64,000 nucleotides of DNA from an uncultured virus (IMG/VR IMGVR_UViG_3300034050_000143) (Duplodnaviria > Heunggongvirae > Uroviricota > Caudoviricetes > Crassvirales): IMG/VR virus record IMGVR_UViG_3300034050_000143. The stretch is one strand, 5' to 3'. Under the pieces are notes generated by a model. It was not told the DNA's origin. It saw only the letters and a program-made list of their open reading frames with translations, and ran no database searches. Of this stretch, positions 16,849 to 28,434 are shown in pieces. A program made the position numbers and the translations under genes. The stretch's first letter is position 1; the number at the start of each line of letters is the position of its first letter.

Positions 16849-19512
16849 ATGGCAATAATATATAGTTATCCTTTAAATTTTAATATACTAGATACTGATA
16901 TAGTAGTAGGTACATCGACTAAATTAGTGGGCGGTAAAAAGAAAAACTTCACGAAAAGTTTTAGCATGTTAGATATATACGGTTATATAGCTAGCAACCT
17001 AGACATCCAAGCACCAAACCTACAAGAGGTAACAACTACAGGTAATATTACTACATTAGACATACAAGTAAATGGATTAACTATAGGTAGAGGTAATGGT
17101 AGTATAAGTGGTAATACTGCTATAGGTGACAATGCTTTGAAAAATAGTTTAACAGGGAATAGTAACACAGCTGGTGGCTTTTACTCTTTATTTAACAATA
17201 CTGATGGTAATGGTAATTCAGTTTGGGGATATAATGCGTCGTTCTATAATACGATAGGTAATGAAAATGTAAGTGTTGGAACACAGTCTTTGTTATTTAA
17301 TACGACAGGAAGTAACAATACTGCTATAGGATCTGAGTCGGGTAAGTTTTTAGCTAATAAAACATCGGACGCGACTATATTAAACAACAGTGTAATGTTA
17401 GGTTGCCTTACTTCTCCGTTAGGGGATAATCAATCTAACCAGATAGTTATTGGTTATAATGCTACGGGACTTGGGAGCAATACAACTACTATAGGTGATA
17501 CATCGATAACAACTACTAGATTAAGAGGAGCAGTTTTAGGTGGATCTTTTGTAAAAGACGGTGGAACTAATTTACAGTATTTAATGGCTGATGGTAGTGT
17601 TAGTGCAGGGGATAGTATAATACCTGATCTACAACAAGTAACAACAATTGGAGAGACTACTAATGTTGGTATAAAGGTAATAGGATTAGAAAAGTATATA
17701 TCAGTTACTAGTCAGGATAACGAAACAGGTGCCGTAACAATATCAACTGATGTAAACGGATTACCATATATACAACTAGGGTTGACAGCAAATGAAAACA
17801 CGGCAATATTCAGAGCTGATAATATAAATACTAATAGTGTTTATCAATTACCTAATCAATCAGGAGTGATGGCCTTAATTAGTGATATACCTACTCAAGG
17901 ATTAACTTCTGTAGGGTTAACAATGCCTTTAGCATTTAATGTAGCAAATAGCCCTTTAACTTCAAACGGCGCTCTTGCTGTAACAGCATTAGGGACTGCC
18001 TCCCAATATATTAGAGGAGATGGACAGTTAGCTGCGTTTCCTTCAACAGGAGGCGGAGGCTCGTCTGTTAATTATTATTTGAATGGTAGTATACCATCAA
18101 GTGTTGTTGGTTATCAGCAAATGGATAATGATGCGGTAATTGGAGTCGGTACTGATTTTAGTTTAACAGGTAATGGATTAATAGCACAGTTTTTAACAGA
18201 TATAGGTAATCCAAATAGACTTGAGATACCGGGTGGAGCGTGGAATTTTGAAATGTTTTTTTCAATGTCTTCCAACGGAGGAATCCCTAAGTTTTATGTT
18301 GAACTTTTAAAATATAATGGTGCTGTATTTACAAGTATTGCATCAAGTTCTTTAGTACCTGAAACAATAAATGGGGGAACAGCTATTGATTTATATTTAG
18401 CATCGTTAGCAGTACCTACAACACCGTTATTAGTTACGGATAGGTTAGCTATAAGAGTTTATATAGTTAATAATTCAGATGGTAGAACAGCTACATTACA
18501 TACTGAGGATAGTCATTTATGTGAAATCATTACTACATTTTCAGGAGGGGTTACTTCATTAAATGGACTTACTGCAAATACTCAATATTTAGCTGTAGGT
18601 ACAAGCGGAACAAACTTTAATATCAGCAGTGTAAGTGAAACACATACATTTAATTTACCTAGTGCAAGTGTAACAGCAAGAGGACTCGTTACTATAAATG
18701 ACCAATCATTTTCAGGGTTAAAAAACTTTACTGACAATATCATAGTAAATACAATTAGAATATGGAGGGGCGATAATAATACCGCTACTAATATAGGAAT
18801 TGGTTTAGATACGTTAATTGACAACAGTGGAAATCAAAATACAGTACTCGGGTATCAAGCAGTATCTTCTTTGCTATCAGCTAGTAGTTTTACTACAGCT
18901 GTTGGGTATCAATCTTTAAAAAATGTTTTAGGAAATAACAATACTGCCATTGGAAATTTATCAGGATTACTTCTTACAGGTGGTTCTCAAAACACTTTTA
19001 TTGGTTCACAAGCAGGAGGGGTTGTTGGACAATTAGTCAATGCTGCTAATAGCGTAGCTATAGGATATCAGGCAATTACAACTAAAAATAATCAAGTTGT
19101 TTTAGGTAATTCGCTAGTAACTGAAACTGTGTTAAACGGATTAGTACTTGCTCCATTAACTACAAACACACTAATAGATGCGAATTTAAGTGGTAAATCA
19201 CTTGTTACTAAAGAATATGTAAACAATAGACTTGTAGTTGAAAGAACGACAGGATATACATTAACTAATGCCGATAGTGGAGGAATAATTATATTTAAAA
19301 CAGCAGCAGCGCAAACACTAAATATTCCGTTAGGCCTTGCCGATGGGTTTGAATGCACATTTGTAACATTAGCGGGTATTACTTTAACAGTTCCTAGCGT
19401 AGTAGGTATTACATTAAATAATGCGGTAGGCACAACAATGGCAGGTGGTCTAAGTTTTACATTGAAGAGAATGTTAACTACAGATACATTTATAGTAACA
19501 GGAAATCTATAA
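16849..19512 (+). CDS. Tail fibre / receptor-binding protein 2
   Basis: Same N-terminal ~48 aa as fibre 1; two blocks of NTAxG repeats; VTSLNGLT linker. Confidence 0.8.
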   Translation: MAIIYSYPLNFNILDTDIVVGTSTKLVGGKKKNFTKSFSMLDIYGYIASNLDIQAPNLQEVTTTGNITTLDIQVNGLTIGRGNGSISGNTAIGDNALKNSLTGNSNTAGGFYSLFNNTDGNGNSVWGYNASFYNTIGNENVSVGTQSLLFNTTGSNNTAIGSESGKFLANKTSDATILNNSVMLGCLTSPLGDNQSNQIVIGYNATGLGSNTTTIGDTSITTTRLRGAVLGGSFVKDGGTNLQYLMADGSVSAGDSIIPDLQQVTTIGETTNVGIKVIGLEKYISVTSQDNETGAVTISTDVNGLPYIQLGLTANENTAIFRADNINTNSVYQLPNQSGVMALISDIPTQGLTSVGLTMPLAFNVANSPLTSNGALAVTALGTASQYIRGDGQLAAFPSTGGGGSSVNYYLNGSIPSSVVGYQQMDNDAVIGVGTDFSLTGNGLIAQFLTDIGNPNRLEIPGGAWNFEMFFSMSSNGGIPKFYVELLKYNGAVFTSIASSSLVPETINGGTAIDLYLASLAVPTTPLLVTDRLAIRVYIVNNSDGRTATLHTEDSHLCEIITTFSGGVTSLNGLTANTQYLAVGTSGTNFNISSVSETHTFNLPSASVTARGLVTINDQSFSGLKNFTDNIIVNTIRIWRGDNNTATNIGIGLDTLIDNSGNQNTVLGYQAVSSLLSASSFTTAVGYQSLKNVLGNNNTAIGNLSGLLLTGGSQNTFIGSQAGGVVGQLVNAANSVAIGYQAITTKNNQVVLGNSLVTETVLNGLVLAPLTTNTLIDANLSGKSLVTKEYVNNRLVVERTTGYTLTNADSGGIIIFKTAAAQTLNIPLGLADGFECTFVTLAGITLTVPSVVGITLNNAVGTTMAGGLSFTLKRMLTTDTFIVTGNL

Positions 19513-19514
19513 TT

Positions 19515-20678
19515 ATGAACAGAACAACGTGGCAAATTTATGGGTTAAAAAAAAGTGGAACGTTTACATCAACTTGGAATACTGCTAATGTTTCAACCGG
19601 GTCAAGTACTAATACTCAAATTAAGCTTCCATTAGAATCTACAGGAACATATAATTTTATAGTTGATTGGGGAGATGGGACTACCGATAATATTACAGTT
19701 TGGAATCAAGCTCAAGTTACTCATACTTATAGCGCAATAGGCACTTATACAGTAAAGATTGAAGGATTAATATTAGGATGGAGATTTAGTCAAGCCAATA
19801 CTGATGCATTAAAAATACTAACAGTTACAAAATGGGGTTCTTTACATTTTGGTAATAATGGAGGAACTTTTCAAGGATGTCAAAATGTAACTATGAGTGG
19901 TATTACAGATATACCTAACTTAACAGGGATAACAACATTAGCTAATAGTTTTTCTTTTTGTAATTCTATAAGTACAATAGGAAGGCTTAATGAATGGGAT
20001 ATATCTAATATCACTAGTCTTAGTTTTATGTTTGCTACTCAAGGTTCTAGTTGGACTGGTGTAGGTGTATTCAATCAAAATATTGGAGCTTGGGACGTAT
20101 CAAGTGTTACAAATTTTAGTGGAATGTTTAGGTTTTGTGCTTTGTTTAATAATGGCAATAGTCCTGACATACAAAATTGGGATATGTCAAGTGCAATTAA
20201 TTTAGCTGCTATGTTTAGTAGATGTCAAGGATTTAATCAACCTATAGCAAATTGGGAAAGAACAACTCCTACAGTGTCTACTCTTGTCAATGTTACTACT
20301 ATGGCTAATATGTTTGATTCAGGAAGACAAGCTTGGGCATTTAATCAGCCAATAGGAAATTGGAATGTAAGTAATGTCACTAATATGACGGCTATGTTTA
20401 GTAGAAGTGTATTTGCTCAAGATATTAGCGATTGGGATGTTAGAAAAGTTACTACTATGACAAGTTTTGGAATAAGACTTTCAGGTTCTGGTGGTATATT
20501 TATTCCTTTTACATCAGCTCAATTAGACGCAATGTATAATAAATGGAGTTTATTATCACCATTAAAAATAGGAGTAAATTTAAACTTCACTCAAGTAAGC
20601 ACGGTTGCAGGAGCAGCGGGCAAAGCTATTTTAACAAGTGCTCCTAATAATTGGGTAATTACCGAAGGAACAGGATAA
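19515..20678 (+). CDS. PKD-like + DUF285/BspA-type repeat surface protein
   Basis: VDWGDG...HTY PKD motif; repeated FNQxIxxWDVSxVTxMxxMF. Confidence 0.85.
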   Translation: MNRTTWQIYGLKKSGTFTSTWNTANVSTGSSTNTQIKLPLESTGTYNFIVDWGDGTTDNITVWNQAQVTHTYSAIGTYTVKIEGLILGWRFSQANTDALKILTVTKWGSLHFGNNGGTFQGCQNVTMSGITDIPNLTGITTLANSFSFCNSISTIGRLNEWDISNITSLSFMFATQGSSWTGVGVFNQNIGAWDVSSVTNFSGMFRFCALFNNGNSPDIQNWDMSSAINLAAMFSRCQGFNQPIANWERTTPTVSTLVNVTTMANMFDSGRQAWAFNQPIGNWNVSNVTNMTAMFSRSVFAQDISDWDVRKVTTMTSFGIRLSGSGGIFIPFTSAQLDAMYNKWSLLSPLKIGVNLNFTQVSTVAGAAGKAILTSAPNNWVITEGTG

Positions 20679-20728
20679 TATTTATAATAAAACGGAATTA
20701 AGAATAAAATATATGAAAAATTAACAGA

Positions 20729-20902
20729 ATGAAACAGTATTTTTTAGATTTAAAATTATCATTACTTACAGGAACTTATTTTGTTATATCCTTTACGGAT
20801 GTAGATGCTGCAATGAAAATACTTGCTTTTATAGCCGCAACTGGTTACACATTAAGAAGATGGTATTTATTAGAAAAAAAAAATAAAGACGAGATTAATT
20901 AA
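20729..20902 (+). CDS. Putative holin (57 aa)
   Basis: Read by hand; two hydrophobic segments and a basic tail, upstream of the endolysin. Confidence 0.5.
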   Translation: MKQYFLDLKLSLLTGTYFVISFTDVDAAMKILAFIAATGYTLRRWYLLEKKNKDEIN

Positions 20903-20912
20903 ACAAAAACAA

Positions 20913-21530
20913 ATGATTATATTAAACTGGATTAAAAAAAATTTCTTTAACACTATTATACTAATACTAATAGCAGTTATTCTTTTACAGAAATGTAATA
21001 AAGATAACATCCCTACTGAGCAACCTTCTGTTAAGACAGATACAGTGTGGGTAGTTAAACAGAACACTGTGATTACTAAACCTACATTAGTTAAAACTAT
21101 TCCAGGAGTGTCAGATACTAGCTATGTGCCAGACCCAAATCACGCTAAGCTTGTATTACAATATACTAAGTTAGCGGAAGAATACCTAGCTCTTAATATA
21201 TATAAAGACACAATTAAATTGGATAGTATAGGGCATGTGTATATTAACGATACTGTAAGCAAAAACAATATTACTTATAGAAAAGTTGCTTGGGATTTAA
21301 AATATCCAACTATAACTAAAACAATCACCCTTCCGCCTCTTAGAACTAATCAAGTCTATTATGGAGGGGGTTTACAAGGAGGGCAAGGCCAACTTATTAA
21401 TCAATTTAACGTAGGAGTTCTTCTTAAAACAAAATCAGATCAAATATATAATGTATATACAGGTCTTGACGCAAATGGTCAAGCACAAGTAGGATTACAA
21501 GCTTATTGGAAAATAAAATTAAGGAAATAA
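20913..21530 (+). CDS. Membrane-anchored lysis-cassette protein (spanin-like)
   Basis: N-terminal TM then Cys; beta-rich C-terminus; next to endolysin. Confidence 0.5.
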   Translation: MIILNWIKKNFFNTIILILIAVILLQKCNKDNIPTEQPSVKTDTVWVVKQNTVITKPTLVKTIPGVSDTSYVPDPNHAKLVLQYTKLAEEYLALNIYKDTIKLDSIGHVYINDTVSKNNITYRKVAWDLKYPTITKTITLPPLRTNQVYYGGGLQGGQGQLINQFNVGVLLKTKSDQIYNVYTGLDANGQAQVGLQAYWKIKLRK

Positions 21531-21535
21531 TTATT

Positions 21536-21952
21536 ATGGTAACATCAGTACAAGCTTTAAAAAAATATGGTGACCCGGTTAAAGAATTAGGAATGACTCT
21601 TTGGGACGTGCCAACAGAATTAGAAATAGGTGTAATTCCTAAAAGACTTTATTGTAATAGAGATATGATAAAGCCTTTATCAGAAGCTTTTAAAAATCTT
21701 ATCGACAGAGAATTTGTTAAAGAACTTAAAACTTTTGATGGTTGTTTTAACATAAGGGCCAAAAGAGGATCATCTTCTCCTTCATTACATTCATGGGGAA
21801 TAGCTATTGATGTTAATGCTGCTTGGAATGGTTTACATAAAACTCCACAACTATCTGCAGGATTTGTAAAATGTTTTACAGATGTTGGATTTGATTGGGG
21901 AGGAATTTGGACAAGAAAAGATGGAATGCACTTCCAACTTAAATCTATTTAA
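21536..21952 (+). CDS. Endolysin, M15-family zinc peptidase
   Basis: R...SLHSWGIAID...WGG.W...DGMHFQ motif set. Confidence 0.88.
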   Translation: MVTSVQALKKYGDPVKELGMTLWDVPTELEIGVIPKRLYCNRDMIKPLSEAFKNLIDREFVKELKTFDGCFNIRAKRGSSSPSLHSWGIAIDVNAAWNGLHKTPQLSAGFVKCFTDVGFDWGGIWTRKDGMHFQLKSI

Positions 21953-21953
21953 C

Positions 21954-22778
21954 ATGAAACTAAAAATTTTAATACTTAGTTGTTTTTTATTCAGTATAAT
22001 TTCATACTCTCAAACTTATGTTCATTCTGTAAAGTTAAGTAGAGTTCTTGCTACTACAGCAGCTGCAAGTCCTTCTCTTTATAAACAAAATATTTTTGAA
22101 CTTAAAGAATTTGCAAATAATACAGCTGCACTTGATGGCGGTTTAAAAGTGGGAATGTTTTATTCCTTACCTATTGCTGACGATGTATCTTTGATAGCAG
22201 TGGTGAAACCTAGACAAGTGTTAACTAAAGGAAGCGTTACAAATGTAACAAGTTATATGGGTAAAGAAAAATGAGTTTCATAAAAGACATATTACAAGAA
22301 TACGATAAAACTAAAAAACAGCACGTTTATTCTTTAAGAAGAGTATGTATCATTGTTGCTTTTCCTTTTGTTTTAGCATTAGGAGCGTATATTGTTTTAT
22401 CAGATAGACTTTTAGATTTAAAAACCGTAAATATTTATGCAATACAAGTATTTAATACTGTATTTATATTTGTAGCTTATGGGTTAGGATTAAATTTAGC
22501 TTCTTATGTTAAAAATAAAGAACCAGAACAATATAATAATTAATATTATGAACCTACCATTGATACCTCAAGATAAAGCAAACCATTTTATCTATGGTTT
22601 TGTTATTTATTTTATATCAAACTTATTTTTTAATTCAATTATTTCTTTAAGTATTGTTTACTTATTTGCTTTAGCAAAAGAATGCTACGATGAGTACTCT
22701 TACGGCGGATTTGATGTAAAAGATATAATTGCAACAATGATTCCGGCTGCACTTTTATTTTTAAAAAATTTAATATAA
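21954..22778 (+). CDS. Three small secreted/membrane proteins (21954-22274, 22271-22543 holin-like, 22548-22778)
   Basis: Signal peptide or 2-3 TM helices each; DKxxHF...KExxD pattern in the last. Confidence 0.6.
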
Positions 22779-22813
22779 TGAGCAAGGAACCGTTTAATTT
22801 AATTTTAAGTATT

Positions 22814-22841
22814 GTAAAATAACAGTAAACTATGTAATATA
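22814..22841 (+). promoter_or_regulatory. Middle/late promoter-like motif
   Basis: GTAAA-N15-GTAATA upstream of groEL. Confidence 0.65.
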
Positions 22842-22871
22842 TAAACTATACAAATCAAATCAAATAAAATT

Positions 22872-24416
22872 ATGTCAGACGCTATAGTCAAGAATTTAAG
22901 TTTCGGAAAAGAAGCTAGTGATAAAGTATTTGCTGGAATAGAGAAATTATCTAGGGCAGTTAGTTCTACCTTAGGAGCAAGTGGTAAGTGTGTTCTTTTA
23001 GAAGATTCTTCTGGAAGACCAGTAATTACAAAAGATGGGGTTTCTGTCGCTGATTCTATTATTTTATTAGATCCAGTAGAAAACATGGGAGCAACACTTT
23101 TAAAAGAAGCAGCTAGGAAGACTGTTAGAGAAGCCGGAGACGGAACTACTACAGCAACTGTTTTAGCACATGCTATTTTAAAAAACGCTTATGCCATAGA
23201 AAATCCAAATGCTAGAAAGATAAAAGAAGGAATAAATAAAGCCGCTGATAAAGTTATAGAATATCTTGAAAAACACTCTATAGTTGTAGAAGGAGATATG
23301 TTAGATCAAATAGCAACTATATCTACAAATAATGACGCTGAATTAGGTAAGATAGTAGGAGATGCTTTTAGGTCTGTAGGTAATACTGGAATTGTTATGA
23401 TGGAAACATCTTCAGATCCAGAATGTAGTTTAGAAATAGTAGAAGGAGTACAATGTAACATGGGTTTAACTAACTCTCACTTTGTAACAAATCAAAAAAA
23501 TAAAACAGCAGAACTAGATAATCCTTTGGTATTATTAGTAGAATCTCCAATACAATCTATTAGACAAATTCAATCTGTATTAGAGTATATTATAAAAAAC
23601 AATAAATCATTGCTTATAATAGCAAACATGGAACAGGTAGTTCTAACTACATTAGCAATGAATAAGTCTAAAGGTAATTTAAAAGTAAACGTAATTAATG
23701 CACCTACTTTTGGAATAAACAGAAAAGAGACCTTTGATGATCTAGCGTTATTAACTAACGCAGTATTAATAAACGAAGACTTAGGCGATGATTTAGACTT
23801 AATACAACCAGAAATGTTAGGTACATGTATTAAGAGTATAACGAATCACGAAGAAACTATTCTTCACGTTGGAGATAGTTCTGAAGAGGTATTAGATATA
23901 ATTAAAGATATTAAAAAGTCTTTATTAGAAAATAATACAAGTCCACAAGTTATAAAATTAGAAAAAAGACTAGCACGTTTAACTGCTAAAATAGCCGTAG
24001 TTAAAGTTGGTGCTAATTCGGAAATAGAGTTAAAAGAAAAAGCAGATAGAATAGAAGACGCTATTTGTGCAACAAAAGCAGCTATTAAAGAAGGTATTGT
24101 TGCGGGTGGTGGAATTGCTTTGTTGAATGCATCTTATAACATAGATACTTTTTCAATTGGAGAAGAAATATTATTAGATTCTATCAGAGCACCTTTTAAA
24201 ACTATACTAGACAACGCTGGAATTGAAGACGCTCCTATAGAGATAATATCAAAAGTTGGGTATGGTCTCAATGTTATAACTGGAGAAACAGTTGACATGA
24301 TTAAAGCAGGTATAATCGATCCTTTACTAGTTACAAAAAGTGCTTTAAGAAACGCCGTTTCTGTAGCGACTACAATATTATCAACTGACTGTGTAATTAA
24401 TAATTTAAGAGCATAA
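22872..24416 (+). CDS. groEL: Phage chaperonin GroEL
   Basis: ITKDGVSVA, AGDGTTTATVLA, GIVAGGG, GIIDP; no GGM tail. Confidence 0.97.
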   Translation: MSDAIVKNLSFGKEASDKVFAGIEKLSRAVSSTLGASGKCVLLEDSSGRPVITKDGVSVADSIILLDPVENMGATLLKEAARKTVREAGDGTTTATVLAHAILKNAYAIENPNARKIKEGINKAADKVIEYLEKHSIVVEGDMLDQIATISTNNDAELGKIVGDAFRSVGNTGIVMMETSSDPECSLEIVEGVQCNMGLTNSHFVTNQKNKTAELDNPLVLLVESPIQSIRQIQSVLEYIIKNNKSLLIIANMEQVVLTTLAMNKSKGNLKVNVINAPTFGINRKETFDDLALLTNAVLINEDLGDDLDLIQPEMLGTCIKSITNHEETILHVGDSSEEVLDIIKDIKKSLLENNTSPQVIKLEKRLARLTAKIAVVKVGANSEIELKEKADRIEDAICATKAAIKEGIVAGGGIALLNASYNIDTFSIGEEILLDSIRAPFKTILDNAGIEDAPIEIISKVGYGLNVITGETVDMIKAGIIDPLLVTKSALRNAVSVATTILSTDCVINNLRA

Positions 24417-24676
24417 TGAAAGCGATAGGTGTAAATTTAATTATACAGAAAGTAAAAGAAGGTACCACTAAAACTAAAGGTGGATTAATGCTTGCCGAAA
24501 GTCAAAGAGAAGATATTAGATATATAGAAGCACAAGTAATGTCAGTAGGAGAAAACGTAGTTGGTATCAAAGAAAGAGATGTGATATTCTATGATAGACA
24601 CGCTGGGCATAAAATAGAACTTGGCAAAGAAACATATCATATTATAAAAATCCAAGACGTAGTAGTTGTTCTATAA
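24416..24676 (+). CDS. groES: Co-chaperonin GroES
   Basis: KTKGGLML mobile loop, VMSVG, D.I.Y..HAG; overlaps the groEL stop. Confidence 0.9.
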   Translation: MKAIGVNLIIQKVKEGTTKTKGGLMLAESQREDIRYIEAQVMSVGENVVGIKERDVIFYDRHAGHKIELGKETYHIIKIQDVVVVL

Positions 24677-25137
24677 TGAGATTAGAACCTACAGATATAA
24701 AGGAAATTGGATTACTAAAACATTATAGAATAATAAGAAGATGGGCGTGTAGAAACAATGGTTTGACAGACGCTGACTTAGAACTTCTTATTTATTTTGA
24801 TTGCATGGATTTCTTTACAAAACAAGATTTTAAAATAGGTACATACGCATATAGTTGGAACAATAGACGCTGGAACGATTTGTTGAAACAAGGTTGGATA
24901 ACGATTTGGAGAGAAAGAAATCATACAACACAAAAGTATAATATATATAAAGTTTCATTTAAGTGCAAACAACTAATAAGTAAAATGTACCGAATAATGC
25001 TTGGCAAAGAAGATATACCAACTAGTAATAGAAATTCTATAATGAGTGGTAGTACGTATATGGATACTGTTATGATAACGGCTATAGAAAATACTAATAG
25101 AGATAAAACAAGAAATAACAATAATATCAATAACTAA
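24676..25137 (+). CDS. Hypothetical, winged-helix-like protein
   Basis: GLTDADLELLIY...LLKQGWI...YKVSFK MarR-like pattern. Confidence 0.55.
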   Translation: MRLEPTDIKEIGLLKHYRIIRRWACRNNGLTDADLELLIYFDCMDFFTKQDFKIGTYAYSWNNRRWNDLLKQGWITIWRERNHTTQKYNIYKVSFKCKQLISKMYRIMLGKEDIPTSNRNSIMSGSTYMDTVMITAIENTNRDKTRNNNNINN

Positions 25138-25142
25138 CAAAT

Positions 25143-27895
25143 ATGGATTATAATCAAATAAGTCCAACTGCTCTTAGTAATCAAAACACCATAAGTAGTG
25201 TTTTTGGTCAAACAGTACCAGGTACTTTCAATAGAAACATGAACTTAGCAGAATCTCAGATTACTGTAGATCCATTAACTGGTAGAACTATAGATCCAAC
25301 GGCTAATCAAAGTCCTTACGCTCCAGTTCCACCTCCAACAGGAGTACAACAACCTATAACACCAACTTACGATTTAAACTCTCAATAATTATGAATGTAA
25401 ATATAAAAAAACACCCAATGGATTCTCATGACAAATTAGCAGCCGATTCAGGTGTTGGAGCTAACGCGTTATGGAATGGACCTTTCAATACAGACTCTTT
25501 ACCAAAAGGAAGAGGATCTAGCAGTGGAAAATATGGTATTATCTTTAATAACGATAAACCAACTTGTTTAGCAGGTCCAATAACATCAAGAGCTAAATCT
25601 AGATTTTAAGTTATGTCTTTAGGTTTAGTAAAGAAAAATAGCAGTTCTCCTTTTCAATTACAAAGAAGTATTGTTGATCAAGGTGGAGAAAGTGGAGCTT
25701 ACGGCGTAAAAGGTGGAGCTTATGAGTCTGGTGGTTTTAATCCAGATACGGTATATGATGGTACAAGTGCTGCTAGCGCTATAATTGGTATGGGAAAAAC
25801 AGTAGGTGCTTCATTAGCTTCTAGAACTTCAGGAGATATTAATAAATCTAATATTAAAAGAAAATCTAAACTAGAAGAAAGAAAGAAAAATCTAGAGAAA
25901 AATACAGAAAAGAACAGTAAAAAAATAAAAAGAGTAGAAGGTAGAATAACTAAGAAAACTAATTCTATTAAAGAATACGAAGAAAGAACAAAACCTAGTC
26001 TAGAAGCAGATATACTCGATATAACTAAAAAATAATAATAAACAATAATAAACAACTAAAACAAAAAAAACAAAATGGTAAAATTTATCTCAATTCCAGT
26101 TACAGGATTAGGAACAACTCTTATACCTACAGACGGTTTAATTACGCAATATCTTAGTGCTACTAGTGTTAAATTAGCAGCTGGCGGAAGATTACTAGCT
26201 CTAACAACAGTAGGAGCAACAACTGCATTTACTGATGCTATCAATAATGCTGCTTTAACGCTTAACGGACCAGTCTTAGCTTCTGTGGATTTACCTAGCG
26301 GACAGACTTGCACAGCTATTGTGATATCGTAACAATTAATTTAAAATCCCCTATAGAGTAATTTATAGGTGAATTTAATAAACTTAAAAATTATGAAAAC
26401 TCCATTAAGTCAAAAAACAGTTAAAAAAGAAAAAGACGTTTCTTACAAAAGTGATATGATAGGTTTACCTAGTAAAGTTGTTAAACAACAAAAGACAACG
26501 ATGAAAGAAGCTAGTAGTGGACCAAGATATGAAATAAAGAAAAATGGATCAGGTGTTTCATCTAAAAAACCTACCCCACTTAATATGAAAAAAGAATACG
26601 GAAAAACAAAATCTCCTGCTAAAATGAAAAAATGTTAATATGGCATTTGTAATGAATGGAGCGCCATATATTACAAACAACACTCCAATATACAGCGTTG
26701 ATATGGACGATAATGTTTTGGGTATGGCTCAAAATAATGGTTCTATTCTTATAAACAAAAATGTTTCACCTTTAGAATTAGAGAAAAGTAAAACTATAGA
26801 GCATGAAATGGTTCACATCGATCAAATGAAAAGAGGCGACTTGGACTATACAGATACTTCAGTAACTTGGAAAGGTAAGAAATATCCAAGATCTTCTATG
26901 AAAGAAGGGTCTAAAAAACTACCCTGGGAAGTAGAAGCTTATAAAAAGCAATAAATACGTGTAATAATAATACTAAAGAAATAAACAAAATGGCTTATAA
27001 ACAAAACGCGGGTAGAGGTAACTCCCCAAAAACAGGAAATGGAATTCCTTCTGCTTTAATGCAAGTTAAACCAAGTTTCAAAGGTTCTACCGATAAAACA
27101 GAATCTGCAGGAGGTAATGCTCCAGGAATGACAGCTAACACTGACTTATTAAAAGTAGCAAAATACTACGGTGGTAAAGCAATTGATAAAATCAAACAAG
27201 GTGGTCAATACTTAGCTGATGTTGCAGAAGGTAAAAAAGGTTCGTCTAGTTATAGTGGTGGAGCTGAATCAATGAGACAAAAAAACATAGCTAAGAAAAA
27301 AGCTAAATAAATAAATTATGGGACAGTACGGAAATCAACCAGATTTTGGAACAAGAGCAAAAAATATAACTCCATCTGGCGATCCATCTAATGGAACTAC
27401 TAATATAGCCCCAGCAGCTTTATATATAGGCGTTGGTGGTACATTAATATGCAGAGTTGTTGGAGGTAACGCTAATATATTAAATCCAAATGAAGAACAA
27501 ACCGGATGGACAACTTTTATTAATATCCCAAGTGGCACTTTTTTTCCAGTTATAGTTTCTGCAGTTTATGGAGGCGATGGTGATAATAGTACAACTTGCA
27601 CGGACATAGTAGCACTTTACTAATGGGGTGGGGAATAGGTATTGGAATAGGATGGGGGGGATATAATGCACCAGCCTTGCCTCCTGGTGTAAATGAAATA
27701 TTTTTATATGGTTGCCTTAACCTTATACCAATTGCAACTGTATATAGTCTTGAAAATGAGTTGGTAATTGGGGGTCTATATTATAACGATCCTAATTTTA
27801 ATGAAGCATTCAATGGATTTGGCGGGGCCGGGGAGGGCGCCGACCAATATGAATTTGTTGTTGGTGAAATGACTCCAAATTTTCAGGTTTGCTAA
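25143..27895 (+). CDS. Run of small putative virion proteins (25143-25388, 25391-25609, 25613-26035, 26075-26332, 26393-26638, 26990-27310, 27318-27623, 27623-27895)
   Basis: Packed plus-strand ORFs, many basic/low-complexity. Confidence 0.65.
26640..26954 (+). CDS. Small zincin metallopeptidase
   Basis: HEMVH plus PWEVEAY third-ligand motif. Confidence 0.75.
   Translation: MAFVMNGAPYITNNTPIYSVDMDDNVLGMAQNNGSILINKNVSPLELEKSKTIEHEMVHIDQMKRGDLDYTDTSVTWKGKKYPRSSMKEGSKKLPWEVEAYKKQ
26941..26968 (+). promoter_or_regulatory. Middle/late promoter-like motif
   Basis: ATAAA-N15-GTAATA. Confidence 0.5.
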
Positions 27896-27935
27896 TAAAT
27901 AATAAAATAATTATAACAATCAAATTAAATAAAAA

Positions 27936-28434
27936 ATGGAAGAAACAAAAAAGATTACAACAGAACAATTAGAAACAATTGTTAAAGGGCAAAAAGAATT
28001 AAATACCTTATTGGTAAATATTGGTATTTTGGAATCACAAAAACATGGATTGCTACATCAAATTGCAGAAGTAAACAAATTCAACGAAGAGTTTAAATCT
28101 GGATTACAAGAAGAGTATGGTGCAATTAATATTAATTTAGAAGACGGTTCTTATACAATTGTAGAAGATGAAAAAGAAACTGAGGCTAAACTTAATGTAG
28201 TGTAAAATGGATTCAGTTATAAGAAAAATAAGTATTGGTACGGACTATAAGAACGAAGCAATGCACTATTCCATTGGGCAACAAGTATACGGCGGTCATG
28301 AAATTGCTTATATCAAGTTAGATCAAACAGATTCTTCTTATAACATATATATTAAAAAAGAAGATGAGATTATGCCTTGGAAAAAGTTTAATGCTAACAT
28401 GGCAATCTCCGTAGAATACGATTTGGAATACTAA
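27936..28434 (+). CDS. Two hypothetical proteins (27936-28205 coiled-coil; 28207-28434)
   Basis: Packed ORFs upstream of the packaging genes. Confidence 0.7.

Noticed and set aside
14630..20678. Diversity-generating retroelement targeting the fibres
   Set aside because: No reverse transcriptase and no adenine-specific TR/VR pair seen; repeats are protein-level modules
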